Source: Pseudomonas nitroreducens (GTDB taxonomy: Bacteria > Pseudomonadota > Gammaproteobacteria > Pseudomonadales > Pseudomonadaceae). Taken from it: a DNA stretch of 32,000 nucleotides. The translations under genes were made by a program, and so were the position numbers. Below, in pieces: positions 19,251 to 26,949 of the stretch. The DNA is taken from positions 44,454 through 76,453 of the forward strand of contig NZ_JACHLI010000035.1 of the NCBI RefSeq assembly GCF_014204515.1. Reading direction: 5' to 3'. The stretch's first letter is position 1, and every line of letters begins with the position of its first letter. The notes below the pieces were generated by a model that did not search any database, was not told the DNA's origin, and saw nothing but the letters and a program-made list of their open reading frames with translations.

Positions 19251-20238
19251 AATTGCCGAAAGAATTCATCTGAGCAATTGGAGATAAGCGCAGGGCCGAC
19301 TCCAAATGCTCCGGCGACAAATGCGCATACCGCATCGTCATCGTGATCGACGAGTGCCCCAGGATCCGCTGCAGCGTGAGGATGTCCCCTCCTCCCATCA
19401 TGTAATGGCTGGCGAAGGTGTGGCGGAGAATGTGGGTCAGTTGGCCCGGCGTCTGGAATCCACAGCGCTCATAGGCGCAATGGAAGGCGGCGCGGCATGA
19501 CATGAACAGGCGGCCGGTTCCCGGCATGCCCACCTTGAACATCAGTTGCTCCAGCTCGGCCGGGATCGGCACTGAGCGGCTCTGACGGTTTTTGGTCCGG
19601 TGGTAGTGGACCTTTCCCCCATGCACGGCCCCACGGGCGATGCTCTCGGCCTCTTCCCAGCGGGCACCTGTAGCGAGGCATAGGAGAGCGACCGGGTACG
19701 TGTGGTTGTTCGTGCTGGCCTTGCACTCCTCGAGGAGCTGGCCGACCTGATCCAGGGTGAGGAAGGTCAGTTCGACCTGATCGGTTTTGATCTGCCGGAC
19801 GTTGGCCAGCGGGTTTGCCTTGTGCCACGAACCGAGGCGGATCAGCTCGGAGAAGATCGCCGACAGGTAGCGCTGTTCGTGGTTTACCGTCTCCGGTTTC
19901 ACCTCGGTCAGTCGACGTTGGCGATAGCGTGCCCAGGCAAGCGAATCGAACTCGAAGGCCTGCGGATCTCCGAGGCGTTCGGCCAATGCTTGGCAGCGTG
20001 CCAAACGCTGTTTGCCGTCCTTCAGGGTGCAGCCGTGGAGGTCGTACCAGACCTTCACCAGATCCGAGAGGCGATCATCCAGCGGGCGGCCAGTCTCGCC
20101 CAGGACGGTGAAGAAGTCCTGCTCGTAGCGAATGGCTGCAGACTTGGTAGCGAAGCCTTTCTTGCGGATCCTGCGACCGGAACGACCGTTCTCGTAGAAG
20201 TCAGCCGTCCACGTTTTCCCATCCTTGCGCGCGGTCAT
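19249..20238 (-). CDS. Tyrosine recombinase / phage integrase (IntF-like)
   Basis: 329 aa. The C-terminal catalytic region has ATGARWEE, HILRHTFASH and LGHSSITMTMRYAHL (the R..HxxR..Y signature). ATGA overlap with the rep stop. Confidence 0.9.
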   Translation of the reverse strand: MTARKDGKTWTADFYENGRSGRRIRKKGFATKSAAIRYEQDFFTVLGETGRPLDDRLSDLVKVWYDLHGCTLKDGKQRLARCQALAERLGDPQAFEFDSLAWARYRQRRLTEVKPETVNHEQRYLSAIFSELIRLGSWHKANPLANVRQIKTDQVELTFLTLDQVGQLLEECKASTNNHTYPVALLCLATGARWEEAESIARGAVHGGKVHYHRTKNRQSRSVPIPAELEQLMFKVGMPGTGRLFMSCRAAFHCAYERCGFQTPGQLTHILRHTFASHYMMGGGDILTLQRILGHSSITMTMRYAHLSPEHLESALRLSPIAQMNSFGN

Positions 20239-21527
20239 ATCGCGTAGCCCCGCCTGATGTATCGATCGTTGATCAGTCCGATGACGTGCTTTTCGAGGTC
20301 GCGAGTGCTGTAGCCCTTGGCGGTGTAGTGGTCTTCGATCACGTGCCAGAAGGGAAGCGTTCTCCCGACCTCAAGCGCTTTTTTTGGCGGGATGCGCTCC
20401 CGTGCGATCAGGCTGGCGAACTGTCCCAGGAACATCTCGCAGTTCTTGCCGGAGAAGCCCTGAGCGGTCTTGTAGTAGCGGCGGTACTCGGTGCGTTCGA
20501 TGAGCGGATCGGCTTCCACCTGCACCTGGGTGTCGAGGCTGATCAGCGACCAGAAGGCGTCGAAGATCCCTTCCCGGGAAATCAGCTTGTAGTTGTCGCA
20601 GGCGTACTGCCAGAGGCCCTGCAGGTGCGGGCAAAGGCCCTCATAGGTGCGGCAGCCGATCACCTCGCCAGAGGTCATCGTGGAACCTTCGGAGAACTGC
20701 TGGATGATGGAGTGGTGATAGCGGAACTCGATACGCCACACGGTTTCCAGCGGGTTGAAGGCGGGCTCACCATCGCCGAACGGATCGCCGTTCAGGGATG
20801 CCCACACGGACTCCCAGTAGTCGAGTTTGTCGGTCGCTCTCGCCTGCAGCGTCTTGTTGTACAGGCACATCTGCAGGCCGTTAGCCGAGCCGAACATGAA
20901 GGTCTCGCCACGCCCGTAAACCGAGGCGTTGCCGTCGTACTCGATGCGGTCAATGCCGCTGATCTGGCGCACACGGCGGGAGCGGCAGTGCATGCGGTCC
21001 ACGAAGTCTGCAGGCGGGGTCCAACCCTGGACGTCTAGGGCGATATGGACGGCGCACTGGTTCACTTCGAAGGCTGAGAGCACTCCGGCGGCCAGGTCAT
21101 CCATTACGCCCTGCAGGATCTTCGGATCGGCATCATCCAGGGCGTGTGGAGAAACTTCGATCTTGAGGTGCGGGCCGATGTTTTCCAGCTTCACGTTATG
21201 GTTCTTGATCAGCAGGATCAGGCCCATGTCGGCGTTCTGCAGGCGGTACTGGTAGCCCGAGTCGCGACCGATGCGGCCCTTGGCCCACTTGTAGCCGGCG
21301 AAGTTGACGAGATCCTCGGGCTCATCGAACAGCGCCATGACCTCCGGGCGGATCATGCCGTTGTACAGCTGCCGCACGGTATCGACGCCACAACGCAGCA
21401 GGCGAACAGCCGACAGGTCGGCGAATCTGCCGTTGCTCGGGTCCATGAAAATCCGTCCTTCGGACGACTCATAAAAATCCCCGTTCTCCTTGAGGATCAG
21501 GCGGAGGGGGTGAACTGCCTTTTTCAT
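20235..21527 (-). CDS. Filamentous-phage replication initiation protein (PA0727-like)
   Basis: 430 aa. Position between zot and int, and size, match the Pf4 replication initiator. The assignment rests on synteny plus remembered similarity and was not searched. Confidence 0.75.
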   Translation of the reverse strand: MKKAVHPLRLILKENGDFYESSEGRIFMDPSNGRFADLSAVRLLRCGVDTVRQLYNGMIRPEVMALFDEPEDLVNFAGYKWAKGRIGRDSGYQYRLQNADMGLILLIKNHNVKLENIGPHLKIEVSPHALDDADPKILQGVMDDLAAGVLSAFEVNQCAVHIALDVQGWTPPADFVDRMHCRSRRVRQISGIDRIEYDGNASVYGRGETFMFGSANGLQMCLYNKTLQARATDKLDYWESVWASLNGDPFGDGEPAFNPLETVWRIEFRYHHSIIQQFSEGSTMTSGEVIGCRTYEGLCPHLQGLWQYACDNYKLISREGIFDAFWSLISLDTQVQVEADPLIERTEYRRYYKTAQGFSGKNCEMFLGQFASLIARERIPPKKALEVGRTLPFWHVIEDHYTAKGYSTRDLEKHVIGLINDRYIRRGYAI

Positions 21528-21598
21528 TCTTTCGTACCTTCAATGAGGTTTATTGAGGTGCTTACTCGTTAGCTATCCGACGTGTTACAGGGTCGTCG

Positions 21599-21651
21599 GC
21601 CGCGCCGCCGGCCTACCGCTCGTGCCTTACGCTCTCGGCCGGCGGCGCGGC
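21599..21651. repeat. Perfect 15-bp GC-rich inverted repeat with a 23-nt loop in the zot/rep intergenic region
   Basis: gccgcgccgccggcc (21599-21613) is the exact reverse complement of ggccggcggcgcggc (21637-21651). A second small hairpin, ccgacg...cgtcgg (21577-21599), abuts it. Confidence 0.8.
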
Positions 21652-21659
21652 TCGCCAAT

Positions 21660-21770
21660 TCAAAAGGGAAACGCCGCCATCGGCTGAACCAGCTGCAACG
21701 CGCTGAAGAATCCGAGCGCAAAGGCGAGTACGAGCAGTCCGAGGGCATTGATCAGTCCGGGGATGTTCAT
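21660..21770 (-). CDS. 36-aa hydrophobic protein translationally coupled to zot (below the ORF-track cutoff)
   Basis: The ATG at 21770 overlaps the zot TGA (ATGA). A strong SD GGAGGAAGCA lies directly upstream. Translation is [36 protein letters not shown], with high GC3 like its neighbours. Confidence 0.55.
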   Translation of the reverse strand: MNIPGLINALGLLVLAFALGFFSALQLVQPMAAFPF

Positions 21771-23053
21771 TGCTTCCTCCAGGGCCGTGAGGCGTATTCG
21801 CTGTCGGGTACCACGACCACCTGTTGAGGAGGCGTTGGTGGACTGCTGGCGGGAGATATCGCAGCGGTAAGCGGGGCGTTGGAGGTCGTTGGTCTGGCCG
21901 CAGCTCCAGCGCAGGTAACGGTCTGCTTCCAGCGCTCGTACATCAGCTCGGCGATGCAGGCGCCCTTGCTGCGGACGGCGTAGCCGGAGCCGATCAGTTC
22001 CCAGCTGGTGAGGTCGAGCCGGCGGCCATCGAGGTCGACCAGGGCGAACATGTACTGGTCGCCTTTCTTCTTGCTGTAGAGGTGGGCGGTGATGGTGATG
22101 GAGCGGCCGGCGAAGGGGTGCGGATTCAGATCAGGAGGCGGATCAGCTGGCCGACCAGGTAGAGGCTGAGCAGGAACAGTCCCAGGCGCAGGAGGACGCG
22201 TCGAAGCAGCCACAGCAGCGGCTTGAGCAGGGGCCGCAGGACTGCCCGGAGCAGTCGCAGCAGCAGACGCGGCAGGGGCTTGAGCAGCATGCCCGCCGAC
22301 GACCTTGAGAGGTCCCATATAGCTGACAAAGCCAATAGTGCAGGCCAGCAGTGCCAGTAGAAAAACCAGCTTAGGGGACCGGAGCAGGCTCTTGCCGGCT
22401 TTGGTGTCCTGGGTCTTGCCGGTGGCGGTGGACTGGTAGAGGGCGAAGGTCTGTTTCTTGATTCGCTTGTATTCGACGATGGTGCCGTCGGCGGGTGGTC
22501 GGTTGAGCTGGGCGTCATGCTGAGCCTCCTTGTAGCGGCCGGGGATGCCGATCACTGCGAGGTTGGAGTGCTTGTAGGCCATCTCGCAGGTCATGCGGAT
22601 GTCGTCGCGGATGTAGCTGATGTTGGGGGTGGTGAGGACGATGTCCCAGTTGAAGTGGCGGTGCCGGGTCCAGGCGTCGAGCCAGCCCATGGGGCGGTCG
22701 GCGGCGTGGGCGGCTTCGGGGCCGCCGGGGTAGTCGAATTTTTCCAGGTCCTTTTCCCGCCAGGATTTGGGGAACAGCAGCTGGGTTTCGTCGAAGATCA
22801 GAAAGGCGCCCCGCGGCGCCCACTGGAACCAGCTGCGCATTTTGTCGAGGTCGGCGAGGGATTCGAGATCGAGGTTGATGATCTCGGCGCTGGCCGGCAG
22901 CTCGGGGAAGACGTCGTAGGCGCGCTCCAGGGTGAAGCCGCGGACGTTGGTGATGATGACGCGGCCTTCCTGCAGGGCCGGGACGGCGTCGTCCTGAATG
23001 GCGCCGGAGGTCTTGTAGGAGCCGTTGGGGCCGTGGTGGATCTTGATGGACAT
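21767..23053 (-). CDS. Zot-like / pI-type filamentous phage assembly ATPase (PA0726-like)
   Basis: 428 aa. N-terminal Walker [12 protein letters not shown], a central TM segment ([17 protein letters not shown]), and an Ala/Pro-rich C-terminal region. Confidence 0.88.
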   Translation of the reverse strand: MSIKIHHGPNGSYKTSGAIQDDAVPALQEGRVIITNVRGFTLERAYDVFPELPASAEIINLDLESLADLDKMRSWFQWAPRGAFLIFDETQLLFPKSWREKDLEKFDYPGGPEAAHAADRPMGWLDAWTRHRHFNWDIVLTTPNISYIRDDIRMTCEMAYKHSNLAVIGIPGRYKEAQHDAQLNRPPADGTIVEYKRIKKQTFALYQSTATGKTQDTKAGKSLLRSPKLVFLLALLACTIGFVSYMGPLKVVGGHAAQAPAASAAATAPGSPAAPAQAAAVAASTRPPAPGTVPAQPLPGRPADPPPDLNPHPFAGRSITITAHLYSKKKGDQYMFALVDLDGRRLDLTSWELIGSGYAVRSKGACIAELMYERWKQTVTCAGAAARPTTSNAPLTAAISPASSPPTPPQQVVVVPDSEYASRPWRKQ

Positions 23054-23056
23054 GGG

Positions 23057-23413
23057 TCACCTCCCGATGAAGGGCACGAAGCGCATGCAGAAGCGCGTGA
23101 CGGCCGCGACGAAGATGATGTTGAGGGCCTGCGGGACGCCGAAGAACGTCAGCGCGGAGACGATGGGGGCCGGTAGTGCGCCGTACATCGAGCGCACCAG
23201 CTGGCCGACACCGAGGCTTTCGATGAGGTCGTTGGCGACGGTGAAACTGACGTCGATGAGCAGGAGGAAGGTCTGCAGGGCGCTGTACATCGCGGCCTTG
23301 GTGGCGACGACAAGGCCGTCCTTGACGAAGTCGTAGACGCCCTGGGCGAAGAAGTTCCAGATCCACTGGAAGAAGCCGATGATCTGATCGAGGAAGCCTG
23401 ATAGCCATTCCAT
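23057..23413 (-). CDS. Minor coat / pVI-like membrane protein (PA0725-like)
   Basis: 118 aa, very hydrophobic and aromatic-rich. SD AGGAG. Lies between coaA and zot. Confidence 0.7.
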   Translation of the reverse strand: MEWLSGFLDQIIGFFQWIWNFFAQGVYDFVKDGLVVATKAAMYSALQTFLLLIDVSFTVANDLIESLGVGQLVRSMYGALPAPIVSALTFFGVPQALNIIFVAAVTRFCMRFVPFIGR

Positions 23414-23417
23414 GAGG

Positions 23418-24683
23418 TCACTCCTTGAGGACGATGAGGGCGGCGATGACGGAGGCCATGAGCAGCAGCGCGAGCCGGAGGTTGATGAGCTGTTCGCCGT
23501 AGTCGGCGACGCAGAAGCGGTAGGACTTGCCCCAGACGCTGATGGAGTCGCAGGGCAGCTGGCCGCCGCCGGCGGAGAGGTTGAGGTCGAAGGCGCTTTT
23601 CATCTGATCGACGTTGGCCTTCACCTTGTCCTTGAGTTCTTTCTTGGCCTCTTCCAGGCGCTGGTCCCACTCTTCGTTGGCCTTGTCCCAGCTGCCGGAC
23701 TCGGGGGCGTTCAGGCCGGACTCGGGGCCTTCGCCGCCGCCGCAGAGGTAGCCTTTGCGCGGGTCGCATTCGCCCTCGCCTTCGCCGTCGTCATCTCCTT
23801 CGCCGTCGCCACTGCCGCTGCCTGATCCGCTACCGGAGCCGCTTCCCGAGCCGCCACCGCTGTCGTCGTCATCCCAGCAGTCGCCCTCGATGTCGCAGGG
23901 TTCACCTGGGGTATCGTCGTCCTCGCCGTCGTCACCGCCCTCATCGTCGGCCGGGTCTTTCGTGCAGGCGCCGCCATCCCATGCCTGGCCGGCGGGGCAG
24001 CCGGGGTCGTCGGGGTCCGATGGCGGCGACGGGGTATCGGGGGTGTCGTCGGGGTTTGGGGGATCGCCGACGTCCGGGCCGGGGGCGTCTTCGCTGCTGC
24101 AGCGTTCGCCGTTGCTGGCCATCGTGTAGTTGCAGAAGCCGGTGTCGGCGGATCCGCTGAGGAGGTAGCAGGAGGCGGCCTTGCTGCTGGTGGAGATGTA
24201 CAGGCAACTCGCGCTGCAGACGCTGGAGGGCGGGGTACTGAGGACGAGGACGCGGCCGGAGACGGTGGTGACGGGAGAGTCGGCGCCGCGGGTCAGCAGT
24301 TGCAGGCCGCTGTCGCAGGAGGGCGGTGCGACGCACAGGCCGGTAGCGTCCTGCTCCTGGCCTTCGGGGCAGGCGCAGCCATAGATGGTTTCACTGTAAA
24401 CACGGCCACCGGAGCATGAGTCGCCATGTCGCCTGAAGTTGATAATGCCAACGTGTACGCCACTGTCCCGCCATCTCCATTTGCAGTAACCGGAGGTACC
24501 AGACGGGTTCATGACGAACTCGTACATTTCCTGGTTGCCGCCATCAACTACTGGCCCGAGATAGCAAGCCTCCATCGCCGTCTTGTAGCCGGTACGCGTC
24601 CTGCCATCGTCCCAGTTGTAATCCTCCGCCCCCGCCTGCCCCACAAACAGCACCACCAGCAGCCACACCCATTGCCTCACCAT
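23418..24683 (-). CDS. coaA: Minor coat adsorption protein CoaA (pIII-like)
   Basis: Start chosen at the ATG at 24683 (SD GGAG), giving the signal peptide MVRQWVWLLVVLFVGQAGA. The track start at 24722 lies inside the coaB terminator hairpin. Cys-rich N-terminal domains are followed by a Gly/Ser/Asp/Glu linker (GGGSGSGSGSGSGSGSGDGEGDDDGEGEGE) and a C-terminal membrane anchor. Confidence 0.85.
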   Translation of the reverse strand: MVRQWVWLLVVLFVGQAGAEDYNWDDGRTRTGYKTAMEACYLGPVVDGGNQEMYEFVMNPSGTSGYCKWRWRDSGVHVGIINFRRHGDSCSGGRVYSETIYGCACPEGQEQDATGLCVAPPSCDSGLQLLTRGADSPVTTVSGRVLVLSTPPSSVCSASCLYISTSSKAASCYLLSGSADTGFCNYTMASNGERCSSEDAPGPDVGDPPNPDDTPDTPSPPSDPDDPGCPAGQAWDGGACTKDPADDEGGDDGEDDDTPGEPCDIEGDCWDDDDSGGGSGSGSGSGSGSGSGDGEGDDDGEGEGECDPRKGYLCGGGEGPESGLNAPESGSWDKANEEWDQRLEEAKKELKDKVKANVDQMKSAFDLNLSAGGGQLPCDSISVWGKSYRFCVADYGEQLINLRLALLLMASVIAALIVLKE

Positions 24684-24699
24684 TGGAAATCTCCAGGCC

Positions 24700-24731
24700 A
24701 AAAAAAGCCCCCAACGGCGCACCGTGGGGGC
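24700..24731 (-). terminator. Strong rho-independent terminator downstream of coaB
   Basis: On the minus strand, gccccc-acgg-tgcg-ccgt-(t)-gggggc forms a 10-bp stem with one bulge. It is followed by seven U (an A-run at 24700-24706 on the plus strand). This is analogous to the terminator after the major-coat gene in Ff phages. Confidence 0.8.
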
Positions 24732-24833
24732 TTCCGCTGTCGTGTCAGCGCGTCAGAAGAATTCGCCGCAGCGGTACCCGGTGATGAAGGCGCCGGCGAA
24801 GAACGCCCCCAACCACACCGACCACAGCACCGC

Positions 24834-25070
24834 TTACGCCTTGCGCAACATGCTGTAGATCAGGCCTGCGCAGGCGAGGATGACCAGGGCGCCGACGATG
24901 TAGCCGCCGATGCTGGACATGTCTTCCTTGCCTTCGGAGATGGCGGTTTCGACGCTGGAGATATCGATGACCTTGGCCCAGGCCGGAACGGAGGTGGCAA
25001 CAGTCACGGCGCCGGCGATGCACAGGTTGCGGAAGGCGGTGACCGGGTTGATGGTTTGCAGTGCGTTCAT
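24834..25070 (-). CDS. coaB: Major coat protein CoaB (pVIII-like) precursor
   Basis: 78 aa. The mature region ...IDISSVETAISEGKEDMSSIGGYIVGALVILACAGLIYSMLRKA is almost the Pf1 coat sequence as I remember it (GVIDTSAVESAITDGQGDMKAIGGYIVGALVILAVAGLIYSMLRKA). Confidence 0.95.
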   Translation of the reverse strand: MNALQTINPVTAFRNLCIAGAVTVATSVPAWAKVIDISSVETAISEGKEDMSSIGGYIVGALVILACAGLIYSMLRKA

Positions 25071-25083
25071 AGGTAGTTCCTCT

Positions 25084-25332
25084 CTATCGGGCTTTACGGA
25101 GAAGTGACGCGACCCAGCCCGTCAGCAGGCCCGTCACGAAGGCTCCCAGGACGCCTGCAGCACCCACGCTGAAGGCCTCCAGGGAGAACCCGCCATTGGC
25201 CAGGAGCTCTACTGCTCCGGCGGCCTCGGGCGGTATCAGGTAGGCCTGTTGCCATTCGAACTGCTGGCAACGCATCAGGCCGTCCGCAGTGGACTCCCAA
25301 CTGCTGCAGACCTGTACGGCAACAACGCCCAT
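25084..25332 (-). CDS. Pf hypothetical membrane protein (PA0722-like position)
   Basis: 82 aa with a C-terminal TM helix and basic tail (GVLGAFVTGLLTGWVASLLRKAR). Immediately upstream of coaB. Confidence 0.6.
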   Translation of the reverse strand: MGVVAVQVCSSWESTADGLMRCQQFEWQQAYLIPPEAAGAVELLANGGFSLEAFSVGAAGVLGAFVTGLLTGWVASLLRKAR

Positions 25333-25494
25333 TCACTCGTCCTCCACGTCGTTCAGCTCGGTCAGCTCCAGGCAGTCCGGGCAGATGTGGCGGGTGGGTT
25401 CGGGCAGCAGAGCGGGGGCGACTGCCGGTTCGTTCCACAGGTGGCCGATGGCGCTGCCGCAGCGATCACAGAAGAGGTAGCCGTCCACGTTCAT
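25333..25494 (-). CDS. 53-aa protein with two CxxC motifs (zinc-ribbon-like), below the ORF-track cutoff
   Basis: Hand translation: MNVDGYLFCDRCGSAIGHLWNEPAVAPALLPEPTRHICPDCLELTELNDVEDE. SD GGGAGA lies 9 nt upstream. The stop TGA abuts the next ATG (TGAATG). High GC3. Confidence 0.6.
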   Translation of the reverse strand: MNVDGYLFCDRCGSAIGHLWNEPAVAPALLPEPTRHICPDCLELTELNDVEDE

Positions 25495-25509
25495 GTGCCC
25501 GTCTCCCGG

Positions 25510-25941
25510 TCAGTTCTTCGGCTGCTCGCCGGGCTTGTCAGCGGCAGGCTTGTCGCTGGTGGGCTGCGGCTGAGTCGGACGTTGGGTGGGCTGCTGTACA
25601 GAGGGCTGGCGGGGTTGCGTGGTGGCGTCCTTGCCCACGCTCAGGAGCTCGGTCAGCACCTGGGTATTGGTGGTGCGGCCGAAGCGGTCCTGTGTCGGGC
25701 GGACGACGCTGCCGAACTTGCACAGCAGCGGCTGGCCCTGGAAGACGATGCCGTCGAGCAGGCTCGGCTCGATGTTGTATTCGCTGATCTCGAAGCCCTT
25801 GGCGTTGCCGCGAGCGCCTTCGGGGATTGGGGAAATGGCCTGAACGCTGGCGTAGATTTCGCCGGTCTTGGTGGAGGTGTAGGTGTCGGTCTTGGTGACC
25901 CAGAGTTCGACTACGCCGCCGGTGGTGGCAAACATGTTCAT
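25510..25941 (-). CDS. Pf ssDNA-binding protein (gene 5 protein / PA0720-like)
   Basis: Start at the ATG at 25941 (SD GGAG) gives MNMFATTGGVVELWVTKTDTYTSTKTGEIYASVQAISPIPEG..., which matches my memory of Pf1/Pf4 gene 5 protein. Pro/Gln-rich C-terminal tail. 143 aa. Confidence 0.9.
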   Translation of the reverse strand: MNMFATTGGVVELWVTKTDTYTSTKTGEIYASVQAISPIPEGARGNAKGFEISEYNIEPSLLDGIVFQGQPLLCKFGSVVRPTQDRFGRTTNTQVLTELLSVGKDATTQPRQPSVQQPTQRPTQPQPTSDKPAADKPGEQPKN

Positions 25942-26169
25942 GTGAAGCTCCTTTGCCTTTTTCGGGCATGAGTTGGCCCGCTGCTGCAATTTGGGCGCGT
26001 TGGTGGCCGTCATTCAGCGGGTGGGGTGGTGCCGTGGTTTGGGGTGTGGTGCGTGGTGGGAGCGAAGATCAACGTCGTAAGGGCGCTGCCCTTACCATCC
26101 CGCTCTCGCCGCCGAGGGCTCAGGAGCGCGGGGTGGTGGAGCTACCCCACCCTCCCGAGCTGAGGCTGT

Positions 26170-26376
26170 TCAGGGGGGAGCGCGGTCAAGGGTGCGCTTC
26201 GCCCGGCGCTCCGTTTGTCCGAACGGTAGAGCGTGTTCGGACAAGCCGGTGCGGCGGCCCCTGACCTGATTGGCCCAGGTGGGGCGGATGTGGCGAGCGG
26301 GGTATCGGCTCACCAGCAGCGCGACGGCGATGAAGGCGAGGCGGACGATCAGGTATGCGATGAACCTAGTGGACAT
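26170..26376 (-). CDS. Pf early-region hypothetical protein with an N-terminal TM helix
   Basis: 68 aa. SD GGGAGGG. Starts 4 nt after the upstream stop. High GC3. Confidence 0.5.
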   Translation of the reverse strand: MSTRFIAYLIVRLAFIAVALLVSRYPARHIRPTWANQVRGRRTGLSEHALPFGQTERRAKRTLDRAPP

Positions 26377-26379
26377 GGT

Positions 26380-26727
26380 TCAGCCCTCCCACTCGAATGG
26401 CTGGTGAATGGGCACGAAGGGCGTGGGCCTGCCGCTGTCGTAGACAACGTGCCAGTACTGCGGCGGACGGCGCGCGGGCGTGTGTTTGTCGCAGGTATAT
26501 CCCCGCTCCACACGATAGGTACTCGAAACCAGCCTCCAGGCACCGGAGACTCGACTCATGATCCCAACGACCGTGAATACTCGCGTAGGGCGGCACTGGG
26601 TGCATCGTGTGGACGGGCTGGAGTGATCCAGGGGCGAAGGGGTTTGCAGGATCCGGTTCGCGGCGCAGACAGAGCAGTCGCAGCCCGAAGAGTGGGGCTT
26701 GCCCAGGTAGGCATTGAAGAGGTTCAT
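26380..26727 (-). CDS. Pf early-region hypothetical Cys-rich protein
   Basis: 115 aa with GCDCSVC and CTQC clusters. Tightly packed between its neighbours (3-4 nt gaps). Confidence 0.55.
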   Translation of the reverse strand: MNLFNAYLGKPHSSGCDCSVCAANRILQTPSPLDHSSPSTRCTQCRPTRVFTVVGIMSRVSGAWRLVSSTYRVERGYTCDKHTPARRPPQYWHVVYDSGRPTPFVPIHQPFEWEG

Positions 26728-26730
26728 GGC

Positions 26731-26949
26731 TCATGCCCTCACCCCGCGCACTCGGTAGGCCTGCAAGGCGCGTTCACGGGTCAGGCTCCAGGAGCGAGGG
26801 GCTTCGGCTTCTGAGGGGAAGCCGGCGACGGTTTCGTTGATCCACTGCTCGCATTCGGCGCGCGAGGTGCCCTGATGCACGCGGTGCCAGCGACGACGGC
26901 GGGTAAGGCCATGGAAGGTGCACATCTCCACCAGATAGCGATTACTCAT
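26731..26949 (-). CDS. Pf early-region hypothetical protein
   Basis: 72 aa from the ATG at 26949 (MSNRYLVEMCTFHG...). 8-nt overlap with the xis stop (ATGAGTAA). The longer track ORF (to 27102) would overlap xis out of frame. Confidence 0.5.
   Translation of the reverse strand: MSNRYLVEMCTFHGLTRRRRWHRVHQGTSRAECEQWINETVAGFPSEAEAPRSWSLTRERALQAYRVRGVRA

Noticed and set aside
22515-23769. Long Arg/Pro-rich minus-strand ORFs (22515-23408, 23149-23769), and plus-strand ORFs, overlapping zot, the pVI-like gene and coaA
   Set aside because: These are alternative frames of well-supported Pf genes. Their composition (R/P/G runs) is typical of off-frame GC-rich sequence.
23770-23870. Short-period nucleotide repetition that could be mistaken for a repeat array
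   Set aside because: It encodes the Gly-Ser / Asp-Glu linker of CoaA (GSGSGSGSGSGSGDGEGDDDGEGEGE). The repeat units are imperfect and in frame, with no spacer structure. It is not a CRISPR or VNTR locus. I saw no CRISPR array anywhere in the window.
24684-24722. Track start of coaA at 24722 (MRRWGLFLAWRFP...)
   Set aside because: These codons lie within the coaB terminator hairpin and U-run. The ATG at 24683 has a GGAG SD and yields a proper signal peptide.
26019-26060. G-run-rich tract as a possible G-quadruplex
   Set aside because: The G-runs are on the window plus strand. That strand is complementary to the Pf sense strand, which would be the packaged one by analogy with Ff phages. Loop lengths are long and irregular. 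I mention it only as part of the structured intergenic region.
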